A DNA stretch of 63,422 bases, filler included, from Olpidium bornovanus S191 (Eukaryota > Fungi > Olpidiomycota), in the NCBI GenBank assembly GCA_017911155.1. It is 29 parts of 29 records of this genome, joined end to end, with 100 filler letters (N's around TTAATTAATTAA, not from the genome) between each part and the next. Parts side by side here need not be neighbours in the genome. Positions count along the whole stretch, not along the records: positions 1 to 1,936 come from JAEFCI010011967.1; positions 2,037 to 3,880 come from JAEFCI010012338.1; positions 3,981 to 6,907 come from JAEFCI010004594.1; positions 7,008 to 8,805 come from JAEFCI010008590.1; positions 8,906 to 11,109 come from JAEFCI010001575.1; positions 11,210 to 15,334 come from JAEFCI010008093.1; 23 more parts are not named here. One strand, written 5' to 3'. The notes under the pieces are model-generated. The model ran no database searches. It was not told where the DNA came from and saw only the letters and a program-made list of their open reading frames with translations. The translations under genes and the position numbers were made by a program. This document shows positions 1 to 12,766 of this stretch, one piece after another (the first letter of the stretch is position 1; every line of letters starts with the position of its first letter).

Positions 1-569
1 CATGATTTCTTGGTGTAAGCGCTAGAGTACGAGCGCTCGCGGACCGTTCGCCGCGCACCGGGATTGACAGGAGACGGTCAAGAGCTTCCGCCGGTTTGTG
101 ACCCGTCCGCCGTGGCGAACTGCTGACCGTTCTGCGCTGCTTTTCCACCCCAGTCCCGGAACAGTGTGGCGTGGTTCTGTTCCGCCATTTCTGGATCGTG
201 CGGAATTACATCTGGATGGGCAACCAAGGCTACGTCTGGGGCGTCGCCGGACAACGGCGAGGGTGTCACAGGCACCAAGGAGCTGCGTTCTTCGGCGGAG
301 CAGGCCGCGAGGCACTGCCACCTGATCGTCGCCATGGCACTGGCGCGGATCAGGGACGTCTCTCTTTCGGTCTTGACGGGAGATTCTGCCGAGTGCGCCG
401 CTTTGCCGTCCCTGCCGTTCGCTATGCCTGCCCTGCGACAAAGCTCAACGTACTTCGAGAACTTCGTGCACATGTTGTTGTTTTCCGTCCCGTCCGTGGC
501 AAATTACCCGCCGCGTAATCTCGGTAGTTCGGCTCACCGCGCGTTCCCCGCGCTCCCTTAAGGTACTCT

Positions 570-1280
570 GTCTACGCTATCATGGGCACCCCGCTGGACG
601 GAATCTTCATGGACTGCTACTTCAGCGACAGGGCGCACTGGCCGTCTCCGGCGCCGTGGATGAGAAGTCCGACGACCCCGGGACGGAGTGGCAGGGATAC
701 CAGCTTCACAACTGCGCGCCGTGGGTGCAACCGGCCCCGGACTCGTTCTGGGGCGCCCGCCTGGTCATGGAGTGGCGGTTCCCGGGCCAGGCCGCGGACA
801 GCGCGAGACACGCCTCTCGCGAAGGCTGCCTGGTCGGAGGCGAGCGCGACGCGGTTTCCGGGATCGGCAAGGACCCCCATCGCTTTCACGGGTTGGGCGA
901 GGACGCCATCGGTAGGTTCGCGATCAAGGACCACCGGTGTCGTTCGTGAAGACGTACGTCGACGCCGACGCCACGCGCCCGCCGCCCACCGCCTTTGTGG
1001 GAGTCGCGATGTGCAGCCTGGTCATCGCGGGAAACTGGAGAATCCACGACGACATGTGAGGCGGGGACGCGCGAGCGCTTTTGGGGTTTCCCTGCGGGAT
1101 CGAAAGAACAGGATGGGGGTGACGCGAGGTTCCGTCGCGTGCGCCGTTTCTGATTCTTCCTTTTCGATTTTCCGGCCCCTCGCGGTCTCACGCCCTGTCG
1201 ACGCCAGCGAACTCGACGAGCTCAACATGCCGCCGTACGAGGGCGTGTTCTGGAACTGGCCGACGGCGCTCGTGGAGGGG
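570..1280 (+). CDS. Possible spliced hypothetical protein fragment
   Basis: Protein-like stretches (DSFWGARLVMEWRFPG, FHGLGEDAIGRFAI, ELDELNMPPYEGVFWNWP) lie in different frames. I recognised no family and could not resolve the exon structure. Confidence 0.25.
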
Positions 1281-1936
1281 GCGAGAGCTCCGTGGATGTC
1301 TCCGCAACCTTTGCGACCCGGGGAGAAGCAACCGTTTTAGGCCGCGGACAGCTCGGAACGTTTTTCTTTCACGTCTGCTATTTTTTTTTTTTTTTGTTTT
1401 TCGTTTGTTTGTACGTTTCCACCGCCGTTTGTATCCACCTCTCGGGGGAAAAATTCACCACGCAGACTGCCTTTCCAACCCCCCCCATTCCGCCCCGCCA
1501 ATCTCCGCTTTATCCCCGTAGAATGCTCTCCGTCCCTTTTTCGGACCTTATGTTTAGGGCAACGACAAGACTTTTTTTTTTTTTTTTTACTATGGCAGCG
1601 CACCACCCCTCGCCACCGTCTTTGCCCCCCATTCCCACAAACTGCGTCCACGCTGTCGAAAACACCTGCCCGCTGTCGGGCCTTTTTCCAACTTGTCTAC
1701 GAAGAGCCCCGGGTGAACCACTTCGGGTTCTATATCTCACACGCACACCGGCATCTCCACGGGCGCTCTCGAGATTCGCGTTTGCGATCGGGGGGTCCAG
1801 TAGAAAAAATAACAGCATGTACCAGTATGTCGACTAAACCATCACGGACGGGCAGAAGACGGATTCCGCCAGGAATTTGGAGGACCCCGCGGGCGAAACC
1901 CCTGAGAAACCCTCACGAGCTATTTTTTTTTTTTTC

Positions 1937-2036
1937 NNNNNNNNNNNNNNNNNNNNNNNNNNNNNNNNNNNNNNNNNNNNTTAATTAATTAANNNNNNNN
2001 NNNNNNNNNNNNNNNNNNNNNNNNNNNNNNNNNNNN
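1937..2036. other. Artificial contig-joining spacer (first of 28)
   Basis: 44 N + TTAATTAATTAA (stops in all six frames) + 44 N. The same 100-bp spacer starts at 1937, 3881, 6908, 8806, 11110, 15335, 16758, 18897, 20257, 22018, 24476, 25966, 28389, 30521, 31819, 33041, 35320, 36525, 37863, 39100, 42697, 52616, 53989, 55861, 57120, 58898, 60032 and 61319. Confidence 0.98.
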
Positions 2037-2246
2037 CATGGTAGGGTAGGTGGGCCGAAGGAAGCATTCACCCTCGCCGCCTCTGCCAATCACTGCAAAG
2101 CAAGAGATTGCGCCAATGAAATGCAGTAATTCCCAACGTTAATGAGCAGTCAAAAGTGACTCGAGCCGCCCCGCGCCAAACGCCACCGGAACCGTCGCTC
2201 CCCTCGCCCCCCGCCGCTCCCGCCGCCGCTCCCACCGCCCGCCGCG

Positions 2247-3880
2247 ATGAGTCGTCTGCGACAGAAATGCGTGTTCATGTGCGTGCAAGCCGTGGTTCTC
2301 GTGTTACAGGCCCTTCCCCTCCCCCCACTTGCAGCTCGGCGAAGATCCTCGGAGAGAGGGCGGGACCTGCAGGCCGCCCGGGCTGACACGTTGATCTCTA
2401 TGGGGCCCCCCTGCGACGCGTTACCGGCACCGCGCAGAACGGGCGCGAGCGCTGGGATCGGCGAGGTAGCCGGGGCTTTTGAGGCCGGATTTCGCGGGAT
2501 TGGAACGGTTTTTTTGGACAGCGCCGCCCGCTAAGCCCGGGTTTTCGCCGACAAAATCGTACCAGGCTTGCGCGCGCGAATTCGCAAGGAGCGGGTCCAA
2601 TCTGGTAAGTTGGCAGCTGCGAGGGCGACCGTGTTTGTTCTGCGGGAACCGCCCTTGCTGAGACAGGCGGCCGGCCGTGTTCCCCAGGTCCTTTCTGCGC
2701 GGCGCGTAGACCGACTTGACAAGCTGAAGCAGGAAATCCGCCGCGCCCACCCCGACGTGAAGGTGCACTGTGCCGCCCTGGACGTGCGCAACAAGGAGAA
2801 CGTCGACGGCGTCTTCAGAAGCCTCCCGGAGGAATTCAAAGACGTCGACGTGCTGGTGAACAACGCCGGTACGAAAGGGGGAGGGGGGAGAGGGGAAGGG
2901 CTTTGAATCGCGGCGACGAACGCACGTGGGGGCGCCCTCCGTGATGCTCATGCGCGCCTTTTCCCATTCCCACCCTGTCGGCAGGGCTCGTTTTTGGCGT
3001 CGATCATGTCTTGGACGTGCGGAAGGAGGAAATGGATGTTATGCTGGACACCAACGTGAAAGGCTTGGTCTATTGCACTCAAGCTGTGCTCCCGCGCATG
3101 AAGGAGCGTAACTGCGGCCACATTATCAACCTCTCCAGCGTCGCGGGTGAGCGATCCAACTTTTGGCCACCGCCCGCCTTTCTCTCGTAAACGGCTGCGT
3201 TTTGTTGATTAAGCGGAACGTACGAAGGAAAGGATCCTTACGCTGGAGGAAGCGTATACTGTGCCACGAAGCACGCCGTCGAGGCAATCACGAAGTCTCT
3301 GAGATTGGAGCTTCTGGACACCGGGATCCGCGTCTCCTCAATCGCTCCTGGTCTGGATTTTGTCGATCGAGCCGCCGGCGCCGCGCCGCGACCACCGTTT
3401 GCAATGCAGGCCTGATGCAGCCTTTTTTTTTCTCCATCCAGGTTTGGTTGAAACCGAGTTCAGCGTGGTACGTGGACTGACCAGCCGCAGAACGTGGAGT
3501 TGAAGTTTGCTTTCCGTGCGTTAACACTTTGCGCGCATCTAGGTCCGTTTTCGGGGTGACAAAGCTAAAGCGGATAAGGTGTACGAAGGGTTGCAAAGCG
3601 GTCCGCTGACCGGGCAGGACATAGGTGTGCGAACGGACGGATCGCATCATCGAAGTTTTCTTTCTTGGCGTTCGCTGACGTGGTACACGCGCCGCGTGCT
3701 CCTGCAGCCGAGACTATTGTGTTCGCCGCGTCAAGGCCGGACCACGTTCAAATCGCCGACATGCTGATATTTCCCACTTGTGAGTGGTAGCTCCGGCTTG
3801 AGTTTTCCCGCGATTGCGGCAGTTTATTCATCCGCTCAACTTTTTCCGTCTTCCTCCAAAAAGCGCAAGCGTCTGCAACC
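2247..3880 (+). CDS. NADP-dependent short-chain dehydrogenase/reductase, YdfG/YMR226C-like (10 exons, 3' truncated)
   Basis: Spliced by hand (exons about 2247-2278, 2438-2465, 2566-2604, 2688-2868, 2985-3146, 3227-3350, 3442-3467, 3543-3624, 3708-3779, 3865-3880). The product reads MSRLRQKCVFITGASAGIGEACAREF...VDVLVNNAG...GHIINLSSVAG...YAGGSVYCATKHAV...IAPGLVETEFSVVRF. This contains the TGxxxGIG, NNAG and YxxxK SDR motifs. Confidence 0.95.
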
Positions 3881-3980
3881 NNNNNNNNNNNNNNNNNNNN
3901 NNNNNNNNNNNNNNNNNNNNNNNNTTAATTAATTAANNNNNNNNNNNNNNNNNNNNNNNNNNNNNNNNNNNNNNNNNNNN

Positions 3981-4671
3981 CATGCCTTGCCTACACAAGA
4001 AACAACCGTCAGATGTCGTCCATTGTCGTTTCCAGTTCCTGGCCTTGAATCTCGTTATTTGTAGTCTCACCCTTTTTGGAAAAGGTTGCGCAGGTCGCGC
4101 TTTCCTGCCAGACGTCGTTTCCATACCTGCTGGGTGAAATCATCCCGGTGCTGCTGCATCGCACTGTTCAGCTCTAAGGCACCACGGTCGCAAGTTTAAC
4201 GGCCGTGAAAAAAGTGTCAATGACCACGCGCCCCGACGGCCTGTACCTCTCTCGTCTGACATCCGGTTCATCAGCCGGCTCCTAAATATGCTCTTCCGCA
4301 CGGTCGGGTTGACAATCGCCACAACCGCTTCCATCTGAAGGACAGCAAGCGCATCCTCCTGCCTGCTGGCCTCTGTCAACGCCTAAAACGGTTCAGTTCC
4401 CGTTACTTTTTGAAATTTGCCGGCAAAAGGTGCACAACAGTGGAAATATTTGGGCAAGCCCTGGCCTTCTCCTTACGCGCATCTCGTTAAGGTCCTTCAG
4501 CCCTTTCAGCGCGATCTCTTTTCTCTGGCCTAAGGAATTGTTGAACATATGATGGGCCAGCTCCTTGACGCAGGCAATTTCCTTGGGGCTAACCGTGAGG
4601 AGAGTCTTGTCCTTCTCCTTAAACTTCGTCGCGGGAACCACCAAGTCCCCCCGCATGGTCGCGGTCGCCAT
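3981..4671 (-). CDS. Spliced hypothetical helical protein (3' truncated)
   Basis: GT-AG exons join in frame: MATATMRGDL...LKDLNEMR | ALTEASRQEDALAVLQMEAVVAIVNPTVRKSIFRSRLMNRMSDER | ELNSAMQQHRDDFTQQ | VRLQITRFKARNWKRQW. Family not recognised. Confidence 0.6.
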
Positions 4672-5410
4672 GATGAGCTGGAGCTCGGCTCAGCGATCCC
4701 CGCTCCCCGGATCCAGCTTGAGTTATCTGCAGGGCGGAGCTCGGGAATTAGTCGACCCTTTTTTCAAAACCAAATGCGCAGGTCCCAAGGCCCTTTCTGC
4801 TTTCATCGGAATCGTGCGCGGTAGTCGGCAGCAGAAAGTTTCCGCCGACCCAATTTCGCCCGTCCTCGGTCCTGGCGGTCGGCGATTTCCGCTGCCGCGG
4901 GCGTTGCCTCTCTCACCCGGAATTCTCGCCGGTGCAGTGTCGGCCGCTTGCCAGGAGCGTTTCCGCGTTTTGCCTGTTTCTAGCTTCCCCGTCGCGGCGT
5001 CGTTGCTCACCGCGAGAAAGAGGGAGAAAGACGGGAAAGAACGGTTGGGGCTAATTACTGCGAAGATAAACTGGTTTTTGTTTTGTCTTGCGAAAACGAA
5101 AACGCGTGTGCGCAGCAAGGGGGGTTTTTTTTTTCTTATTTTTTTTCTTTTTTTTTGGTTTTCGATTCTTTCAGAGATATGCGCCCCAGGCCCCCCACCC
5201 AACCCGATCGCGATCGCGTCCTCCCGAGTCTACAGAAGCAGCACTGTCCTCGGAGGGTGGGCGCTCTTCTGTCGGCATTCGCACGACCGGACGCATCCGA
5301 CGGTGCTCCAGTTTGGACCGCGCGAGCTGACGTCCTCCCGACGACGTCGTGTAAGCTTCTCTGGCGGCCCCTCCCAGTCGTCTGCCGACCTTTAGACGAC
5401 TGAGACGAGG

Positions 5411-6358
5411 ATGTCTGACGCCGGCTCGGGTGACGAGGAGCAGAGGGAGGAGGGACCCAGCATCGGAGTGCGTGACCGCTGCCCTTTGCTCGCTGCCGGA
5501 CTTCATCCCTCGAGCTTAAAATCCTTGGCCGCAAATTTCCGCAGATTTACGAAGGCGACCGCAACGCCCAGAAGCAGCGGCACGGGCGCGGCAAAAACAT
5601 CTTTCCGAACAAGGACGTGTACGAGGGCACTTACGTCAACGGGAAACGCGAGGGGACCGGAACGTATTCGTTCCACTCGGGAGCAAGGTACACGGGAGGG
5701 TATCACAACAACCTTCGCGAAGGAAAGGGCCGGCTGGTTTACCCCGACGGCTCCAGGTACAGTGGTACGTCCCGGGGGTGCCTTCCGAGCGGGGAGGCGA
5801 ATGAGTCGACCCGCCGCGGGGCTGTCGCATCGAGTGACCATCCCACAACCCCGACGTCTGACGGCTGTTCGTTGGTGCGCACTGCCAGGGGATTGGAAGC
5901 AAGGGAAGCGTAATGGGGTCGGCATATACTGGTATGCCAACGGCGACAAGCACCAAGGCGAATGGCTCAACGACCAGAAGCATGGTAGCGGAACGTACAC
6001 TTTCGCCTCCTCAGGCTCGCAGGTTCGCATTCTGCTTTTTTCGCAGACAACAGGAGCGAACACCGCGCCCGGCATGCTGAGCAGCGGCCTTTTCCTCCCG
6101 CGTCGCCCTGCAAAATCTTCGCCTTCCCCCGCTTGCCAGAAAAAGGGAGTTTGGGAAAACGGCACGCTTTTGGGACCGGGCCAGATCGTCCACGCCGACC
6201 ACACCATCAAAGCCGAATTCGTGACGAACGAGCACATACAGGCCCCGGCAACCGTCCTGTACCACTCGACTGGGTTTGAGCAAGTCATCGACAAGATCGA
6301 GCCCTTCATACAGCAGCTGCCAATGCCGGAGAAGGAAGCGGTGGCCGTGGAGGACTAG
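5411..6358 (+). CDS. RSPH1: Radial spoke head protein 1 homolog (MORN repeats)
   Basis: Exons 5411-5467, 5545-5764, 5889-6022, 6140-6358. MSDAGSGDEEQREEGPSIGIYEGDRNAQKQRHGRG...YEGTYVNGKREGTGTYSF...LVYPDGSRYSGDW closely follows the RSPH1 pattern (acidic N-terminus, YEG.RN...RHG.G, YPDGSRY). Confidence 0.9.
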   Translation: MSDAGSGDEEQREEGPSIGVRDRCPLLAAGLHPSSLKSLAANFRRFTKATATPRSSGTGAAKTSFRTRTCTRALTSTGNARGPERIRSTREQGTREGITTTFAKERAGWFTPTAPGTVVRPGGAFRAGRRMSRPAAGLSHRVTIPQPRRLTAVRWCALPGDWKQGKRNGVGIYWYANGDKHQGEWLNDQKHGSGTYTFASSGSQVRILLFSQTTGANTAPGMLSSGLFLPRRPAKSSPSPACQKKGVWENGTLLGPGQIVHADHTIKAEFVTNEHIQAPATVLYHSTGFEQVIDKIEPFIQQLPMPEKEAVAVED

Positions 6359-7007
6359 AAAAACGGCTAAGAAACTAAGTGGCGTGTGCCACAGCTATGA
6401 CGGGCATCGGTACAAAAATCACGGGGTGGGAGCGGCATTTCATCGGCAACACTGCTTGGTCAATTCCCCGCTTGATCTCTGACAGACGTCATTCGGCAGT
6501 GACTTGGTTGGGTCTGCGAGAAAAGGCCAGCATTCAGTGGGCGGTGAGGTTGCTACTGATCCACCATTGGATAAAACTGTGCGTGTGTCCAGGGATGTCC
6601 AGAGTCGCAGCGCGTCGAGTTGAGCTCCTCCTGCGGACCCTTTTTGAGTCCACCATCACGGGTCGTGCACAATCGAATTACCCGCATGGGCGGCAAAGTC
6701 CTTTCGTTAAACCTAAATACATTTTCGTCTATGTAGCAACTAAGTGAGAGGACCATCGGCCTGCCTGACGGCCCGGACGGTTGTCACTTTATACGGCTGT
6801 TCCGGGGCAGTGCGCGGCGCGTGTTTCGTTAGCAGCGTTGATTGCTGTTGCGGCGGAAAGCCTGCGTTGCGGAGGAGGTTCCGCGTAAGGTTCCTACCCG
6901 TACCCAANNNNNNNNNNNNNNNNNNNNNNNNNNNNNNNNNNNNNNNNNNNNTTAATTAATTAANNNNNNNNNNNNNNNNNNNNNNNNNNNNNNNNNNNNN
7001 NNNNNNN

Positions 7008-8091
7008 CATGGTTCAAACGGCAAAGTCTCCCCCGAAATCACCTTTCGCCTCTCGCGAACTATAATCTCCTCTAACTCTTGGTCATCCGCTAATCGGGGA
7101 TCATCCCTATCGACGATTGGCGAGATTTAGCGTGCTACAAGAAATAGCATTCTATAGATGAGGTCCCGCCGATGACCAACCTCCGAATTTCTCTGCCGAC
7201 GGCTGACGGCAAGTAATACTCGTCGCGCTTTCCGCTGTGCTTGTTAGGCGAATTCGCCAAGTAGTCGAAGTACACTGGATTTTCGATAACGAAGTCTGGT
7301 TCGCCAGCTTCCGGCGCACTGCTTCAGTCGGAGTACATGTCGTGGTGGACAGTGAGGCTCGCGTGCCACACTCACGGCTGTCGGAAGAGGGGGGAGATAG
7401 CGCCGCCTAGCATGCGACCAACCTCTGCCGTTTCTTCTCAGCTTCTTTTAGCGCAGCCATCTTCATTTGAGCGGCCAGCAACTTTTCTGCCGTTTTGGCA
7501 AGGTTGTTCACCTGTCCAGTGCGCCGCTTTCGTCTTTCCACCTTCAATGACAAAGAGGCCGTGCCCGCAAAAAAAGACAAGGCTGTGGTGAATTTTCCAA
7601 TAATCGTCCGCGAGGGCGGTAGAGGTAGGGATCCGCTACGCACCATTGTCTGCCTTTTGAGCTCCGGAACGCCGCCGTCGAACACAAACACGGGCTTCAC
7701 GTTGAAGAAGAGCAGTTTGCATATTCGCCGGAAAAACCCCAGGGTGTGTGCGTTCTGGAGCGCGTTCCCCTCCTTGTCCCTCATGGCCTTCAGGAATTGG
7801 TGGAGCCATATGCTGGCGTCGACGGCCAGCCGCGTCCCGGCCAGCGACTCGAGCTTCACCTTACGGGCCACCGGAGACACCAGATCCCAGAGGCCCTGCG
7901 CACACCCAGGAGATGTGAGAGGGTTGTGCCGCGCAGGGGCCGCAGACGAGACCACCGAGATCTCGTCGAACTCCCGCTGCCGCCGGCCAACATTCAGAGT
8001 ACCACCTGGCGGCCCCGTCTTTCAAATGCTAGCACGACCTCGACGCGGAGCGGAGGAGTTTCCGCGCACGTCGACTCACCTTGACACCCAT
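7008..8091 (-). CDS. RAD2: XPG/Rad2 structure-specific endonuclease, N-terminal part
   Basis: Exon 8080-8091 (MGVK) joins 7644-7895: GLWDLVSPVARKVKLESLAGTRLAVDASIWLHQFLKAMRDKEG...FFRRICKLLFFNVKPVFVFDGGVPELKRQT, the XPG-N domain. Later exons include DDPRLADDQELEE. Confidence 0.95.
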
Positions 8092-8978
8092 TTGTGGCTG
8101 TCTTGCGGATCTGTGTTCGACTAATGCCGCTCGAAATGGGGTATGTTTGTGCGCCGGGCAGTGCTTTCCATGGCCCGGAAATTCTCCGGATCTGCGATGG
8201 AATTGTGCCCTGTTTCCTTACCGGCTGGGCCGTCCGGCCAAACCCCGCGCGGCGCACCTCGTCAGTGCCGCCTGCGGGCTCCGAGCAAACAAAGCGACGC
8301 GCCGAAGACGACGGCGTGGACGGCGACGGTGACCAGCGCGTTTACCGCTCCTATTCTCCCCACACAGGAGAGATCAGCTACGTTTGCGAGTGCGGGGCCC
8401 GGTGCGGACGGCCCAGCTTCCAGTGTGGTCAAGTGGTAAAGCAGTTGAATCGATATTGCACAAAACAACGTCTCTAGCTAAAATGCGATCTATATCCGCC
8501 CTCGTTGGTGTCACCACCGTTCGGTCGCTGCCACTGCTTTTCAGCAGCCGTATGCCAGCAGCACAGCTTTTACGCTGTCAACAGACTGCCTCCATTCTGA
8601 TCACGTTTGGCACTCCGTTATGACTGGATTTTGCGGGAAAACGGTGCTTTCCGCAAGTGCTGCGGGATCACCGGCTGTCGCTATCATGACGGCCATTGGA
8701 TATCTGGCGATGTGCGTTGATTTCAACGAGAATTGTTTGGCGAGGCCAGAGCTGAAAAGTTTATATTATTGCCAGCGTCCCTTGCGCAACAGTAATTTGC
8801 CCGTCNNNNNNNNNNNNNNNNNNNNNNNNNNNNNNNNNNNNNNNNNNNNTTAATTAATTAANNNNNNNNNNNNNNNNNNNNNNNNNNNNNNNNNNNNNNN
8901 NNNNNCCGTTTCCCGCTTTTTTTTTTTTTTTTTTTGGCTGATTTTGTAACAAATATTTGACTTTATTCCTCCGTCAAG

Positions 8979-11074
8979 ACGTGCCTCCAACGGAGCCCTT
9001 AAACTACTCAGCGATCGCTCGCACCGCCCCTTTCTCGAGAGCCGACATCGACCTCGGCATCAAGGACATAGCCCTTGGGATGTTCCGTGTCCTGCAAGAA
9101 AAGGGATCGGCCGTGTTCCCGGTCCCCGGCATCGGCAGAATCATTTTCCGGCAGGGCCAGGCGCGGCTGAGATACGATCTCGCGTTTTGCGCTGCAATGA
9201 ACGGCTTGCCGCCGGAATGCGCACGCGGGTACAGGCCTACGACTGCCCGCCCCGTTTGCTGCCATAGCAGGGTGCAACCTGGGTGATTTCTGAATTCCTG
9301 CTGCTGATACTTTTCGCCATCTCGCCACAAATTTCTAGCGTCGAATCTCCGGATGACCTCAAGAAGCCGGTCGTGCTGAACCATCCTGCCGGCAGGCTGA
9401 CTAGAGACGAAGGCGTCACCCTCCATCCGGACATCAACTGGCACTTGTCAGAAAGCCAGAACTGGACACAGCCTGTCCAGTTAGCGGCCGACAGCCAGAG
9501 CTGGGCCCAACTTGTCCCGTTAGCGGCCAACAACAGCAGCTGTCCTCCCCTGGATGTAATCCTGGTGGAACCCTCGCAGAGGAAGGACAGGGCTGATGGC
9601 TCCTCGGTCGACGAGACGGGAGACCCGAAGCCTATGCCGCGGGCAACTGAGGATTTCGGCAGCGGCGGCGTCGCTCCCAGGGGTCAGCGCGCGGAATCCG
9701 CGGATTCCCTTCTGAGGCGCCTGAAGCGGACCATTCTCGCCTCGGAGGTCAGCTTGCCGGTCATCCAGGCGGAAGTCGAACATGCAAGGAAGAAAGCGGC
9801 GGTGACAAGGCCGCGGCCGTCGAATCCCATCAAACCTCCAGGTAAGGTTTTTGTGCGTACGTCAGTGAGACAAGAAAAGCCAAGGCGTCTTTGCGGGCGC
9901 AACGGTTTTTGTGCGCGGATGCGGGATGCTCATCCGTTGGCCGGCCTGGACGTCTGGTTTCGGGAACGGGCTATGTTCCGCATTTCCAGACGGCACGCAT
10001 CTGCACAGCAATTCCGGAAACCGGTTGTGGAGAGACGGCAGGTGTCCGCTGTGCTGGGCCAAGGCAAAACAGTTCAATGATATCCGGGAGGACGAAAGAA
10101 TGAAAGAGAAAGATTTCGACAAAATGATCATAAGGCTTTCCATGGAGATAGACCGCCAGCTGGCCTTAAAGGAAAAGGTTCGCTTTGAGTATGCCGGGCG
10201 AAACGTGCCGTTAGGGAGTGGAGAGAGGGGGGCAGTTGGTTCCGCTGACATCGATGTTGGAGAACAGGCTGCAAAGGAAGATAGAGCAAAGAACTGCGTT
10301 GAAATCGCACAGTACAATTGGAAAACTATCCTGAATAAGGTTTGCCGTTGGATGGTCGGCTCCCTGCGTTACCTTACGCTGCAAGGGCTTATGATCCCGG
10401 CCATTCAGGAAGAACAAAAGAAAGCGGCTGCAAAGGCGTCGCGAGAAGAGAAAATCAAGTATACGAAGCCCCAGACGCGGCCGCGAGAGTGGGACCAGCG
10501 ATTTGCTGAAGACCTTAAGAAGCAGGTACTGACCAGTCGAAATGAAACATTCAAGGAAACCGCGCCGCTGACATTTCGTCTTCAGATCGAATCCCAAAGA
10601 CAAAAGGCGCGCGCGGATCGTAGAGCCTCAGAGCTAGAGGTTAAGCTGTCGAACCAGCAGGCCACAAAATTGTAAGACCAGCAAAAACGAAATGGACGGG
10701 CGCTTTCCGGGCTCCCCGTTTACTCTGCCGGCGTTTCCTTTTTTGCCGTCAATTATAAAAGGCTGGAAGAGGCCAAAAACAGAGAACGCCTCGATGACCT
10801 TCACCGGAAGCAGCTTCAACACGCGGCCCTGCGTTGGAAAATCCGGACCCAGAAAGAGCGCGAGGAGCGGGATCGGCGTGTCGACGACATCCCCTTCGAG
10901 AATGTGTTTGTCGCGGCCGACAGTGGCAGGAATGGGCCCATCGCCGAAACGGCCAAGCAACTTTTAAACGAGCAAATACGCGTTCTTAACATGACGCGCG
11001 AAAACGCGAAGCAGGAGAAAGAGCATCAGCTCCTCGTCTCGAAAAATTTGCTTGAGACCACGAAGAAGGAGTAA
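8979..11074 (+). CDS. CCDC81: Coiled-coil domain-containing protein 81 homolog (5' truncated)
   Basis: HU-like domain VPPTEPLNYSAIARTAPFSRADIDLGIKDIALGMFRVL...PGIGRIIF...LRYDLAFCAAMNG, a HLHSNSGNRLW...CPLCWAKA motif, then coiled-coil exons ending at TAA 11072-11074. Confidence 0.8.
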
Positions 11075-12766
11075 GCAGTTTCGATCCGCTAAAAACCCGG
11101 CCCGGCAGGNNNNNNNNNNNNNNNNNNNNNNNNNNNNNNNNNNNNNNNNNNNNTTAATTAATTAANNNNNNNNNNNNNNNNNNNNNNNNNNNNNNNNNNN
11201 NNNNNNNNNCATGACCTTTGCCCTGCTTTTTGTAACCGACGCGTTACCGTTCTCTGGGACGATGGTAATTCAGGTTTAGGATTTGCCGCGAAGCTTCGTG
11301 TTTTTCGGCCCAGACGTATGGAGTGTTTGCGCAACAGGCCGTTTTCTGCCTGTGGACAGGGATATGCGTTCCGCTGAAATTTCTAAGATTGGCGTCCTGC
11401 GATTTGTAGACGTAAACGCACAGAAAATATCTCCTGAGTGTGATCACTCCTACACCGACGACTCTGTTTCTTGCTTGGCCGCATTGGTTCATTTAGCCAC
11501 GAACGCGGCAAGAAAAGTGCGGAAACATAGTTGGGTAAATGCTAGTAGAATATGAACGGCTGGGGTCGAATCCAAATTGACACTTGTACGTGAACTGTAA
11601 ATGCAATGCAATCCGACCGGAACGGTAAATCCTCCTTTGCTTGTTGACGTCGCTGCGCGCAGCTCGCGGCACCGAAGGAGGTATGTGTGAATTGGGATAG
11701 ACGTGTGGAATCCGATACGCCAGTTCTTTGTGGTGTCCTCAGTTCGTCTGCAAGGAAAGGTTGTCGTGGCTTCCCACAACCAAACCGTCTTGCCAACGCG
11801 GGTCGTCGGCGTCGATAATTCACGGAAAAGGTTAGGGCCTCGCACAATCGATGCACTCTCCTGGTAACAGCTTCGTGGTGGGGCAACGGAGAAAAGTTTC
11901 TGGACGGATGCTCGCAGGTGCTTGATGACTGTTCCAGGTCGGCGGCGTCGTCGCTGGGAGCGTTGTCGTGGCTTTTCCGCTTCTGTGTCGGTGAAGACCG
12001 CCGAAGTAGGTCTTAGATGGTAACAACGCTGAGTGCGACCGGCATCCCTCCAGGGACGGTGTCCAAGAGCAACTTTGGCGAAACGGTCCGCCGCGCGCGC
12101 TTGCGGCAAATCCAAGGTCTCTTACTCTCTTTTCGCCGCTTGACGCAAAGCTCCCCGTTCCTATCACCCATTCCCACCCCCTCCTTTTTGTTTTTTTGCG
12201 CATGATACGCAGGTCGTGGGTGGGCGTTGGCTGCGAATTCGTTGGCCTTTGCCCTCGTTCGTACCCAAATTCTTGCGTGCTGCGCTCGAGCATGCTCGGT
12301 GCGTGTATGCAAATGCACAACGCCGGCGTTCACCGCGCGGGACGAGGCGCTTCCCGGGCAACGGTCTCAATTGTCATCGGCCTCTTTTCGCAACCTGCGT
12401 TGCCGTGGGCGGCTCCCCCTCGCAGGCCGCGGCTGCGGAATTCGCAGGATTCCGGCCGCGGGGTGCCGGCGGTGGAGGGTCCTGCGGGGAATCTCCCTCG
12501 GCCCGCCGCCTGCCCCACGCGGCAAACGCGCCCGCACCCCGGCGCGCGCGCCCCGTTTCCCTCGCGCGCTGGACGCGCCCCGCCTCCCCTCCCCGCGCCC
12601 GCCCGCCCGACCGCCGTCGCCCACGGCAGGCGCTGCAGCCCCACCCGCCACGCCCGGCCTCCCCGAAATGCACGTGGCGAGAAACGGCCCGTCGCTGCCG
12701 TTTTCCCCGAGGGGGAGCAGGAACGCCAGTTCCCGTTTCGCGGTCTCGCCGTCCGCGCTGATCCCC

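Noticed and set aside
1981-1992. TTAATTAATTAA recurring every 1-10 kb, superficially like a regularly spaced repeat or CRISPR array
   Set aside because: It is always centred in 88 N. It is an artificial six-frame stop linker, and the ...LIN ORF endings come from it.
12227-12766. N-terminal 180 aa of the 900-aa ORF
   Set aside because: It is a GC-rich Pro/Arg low-complexity open frame from an alternative start. The TM anchor after ATG 12767 gives a more plausible start.
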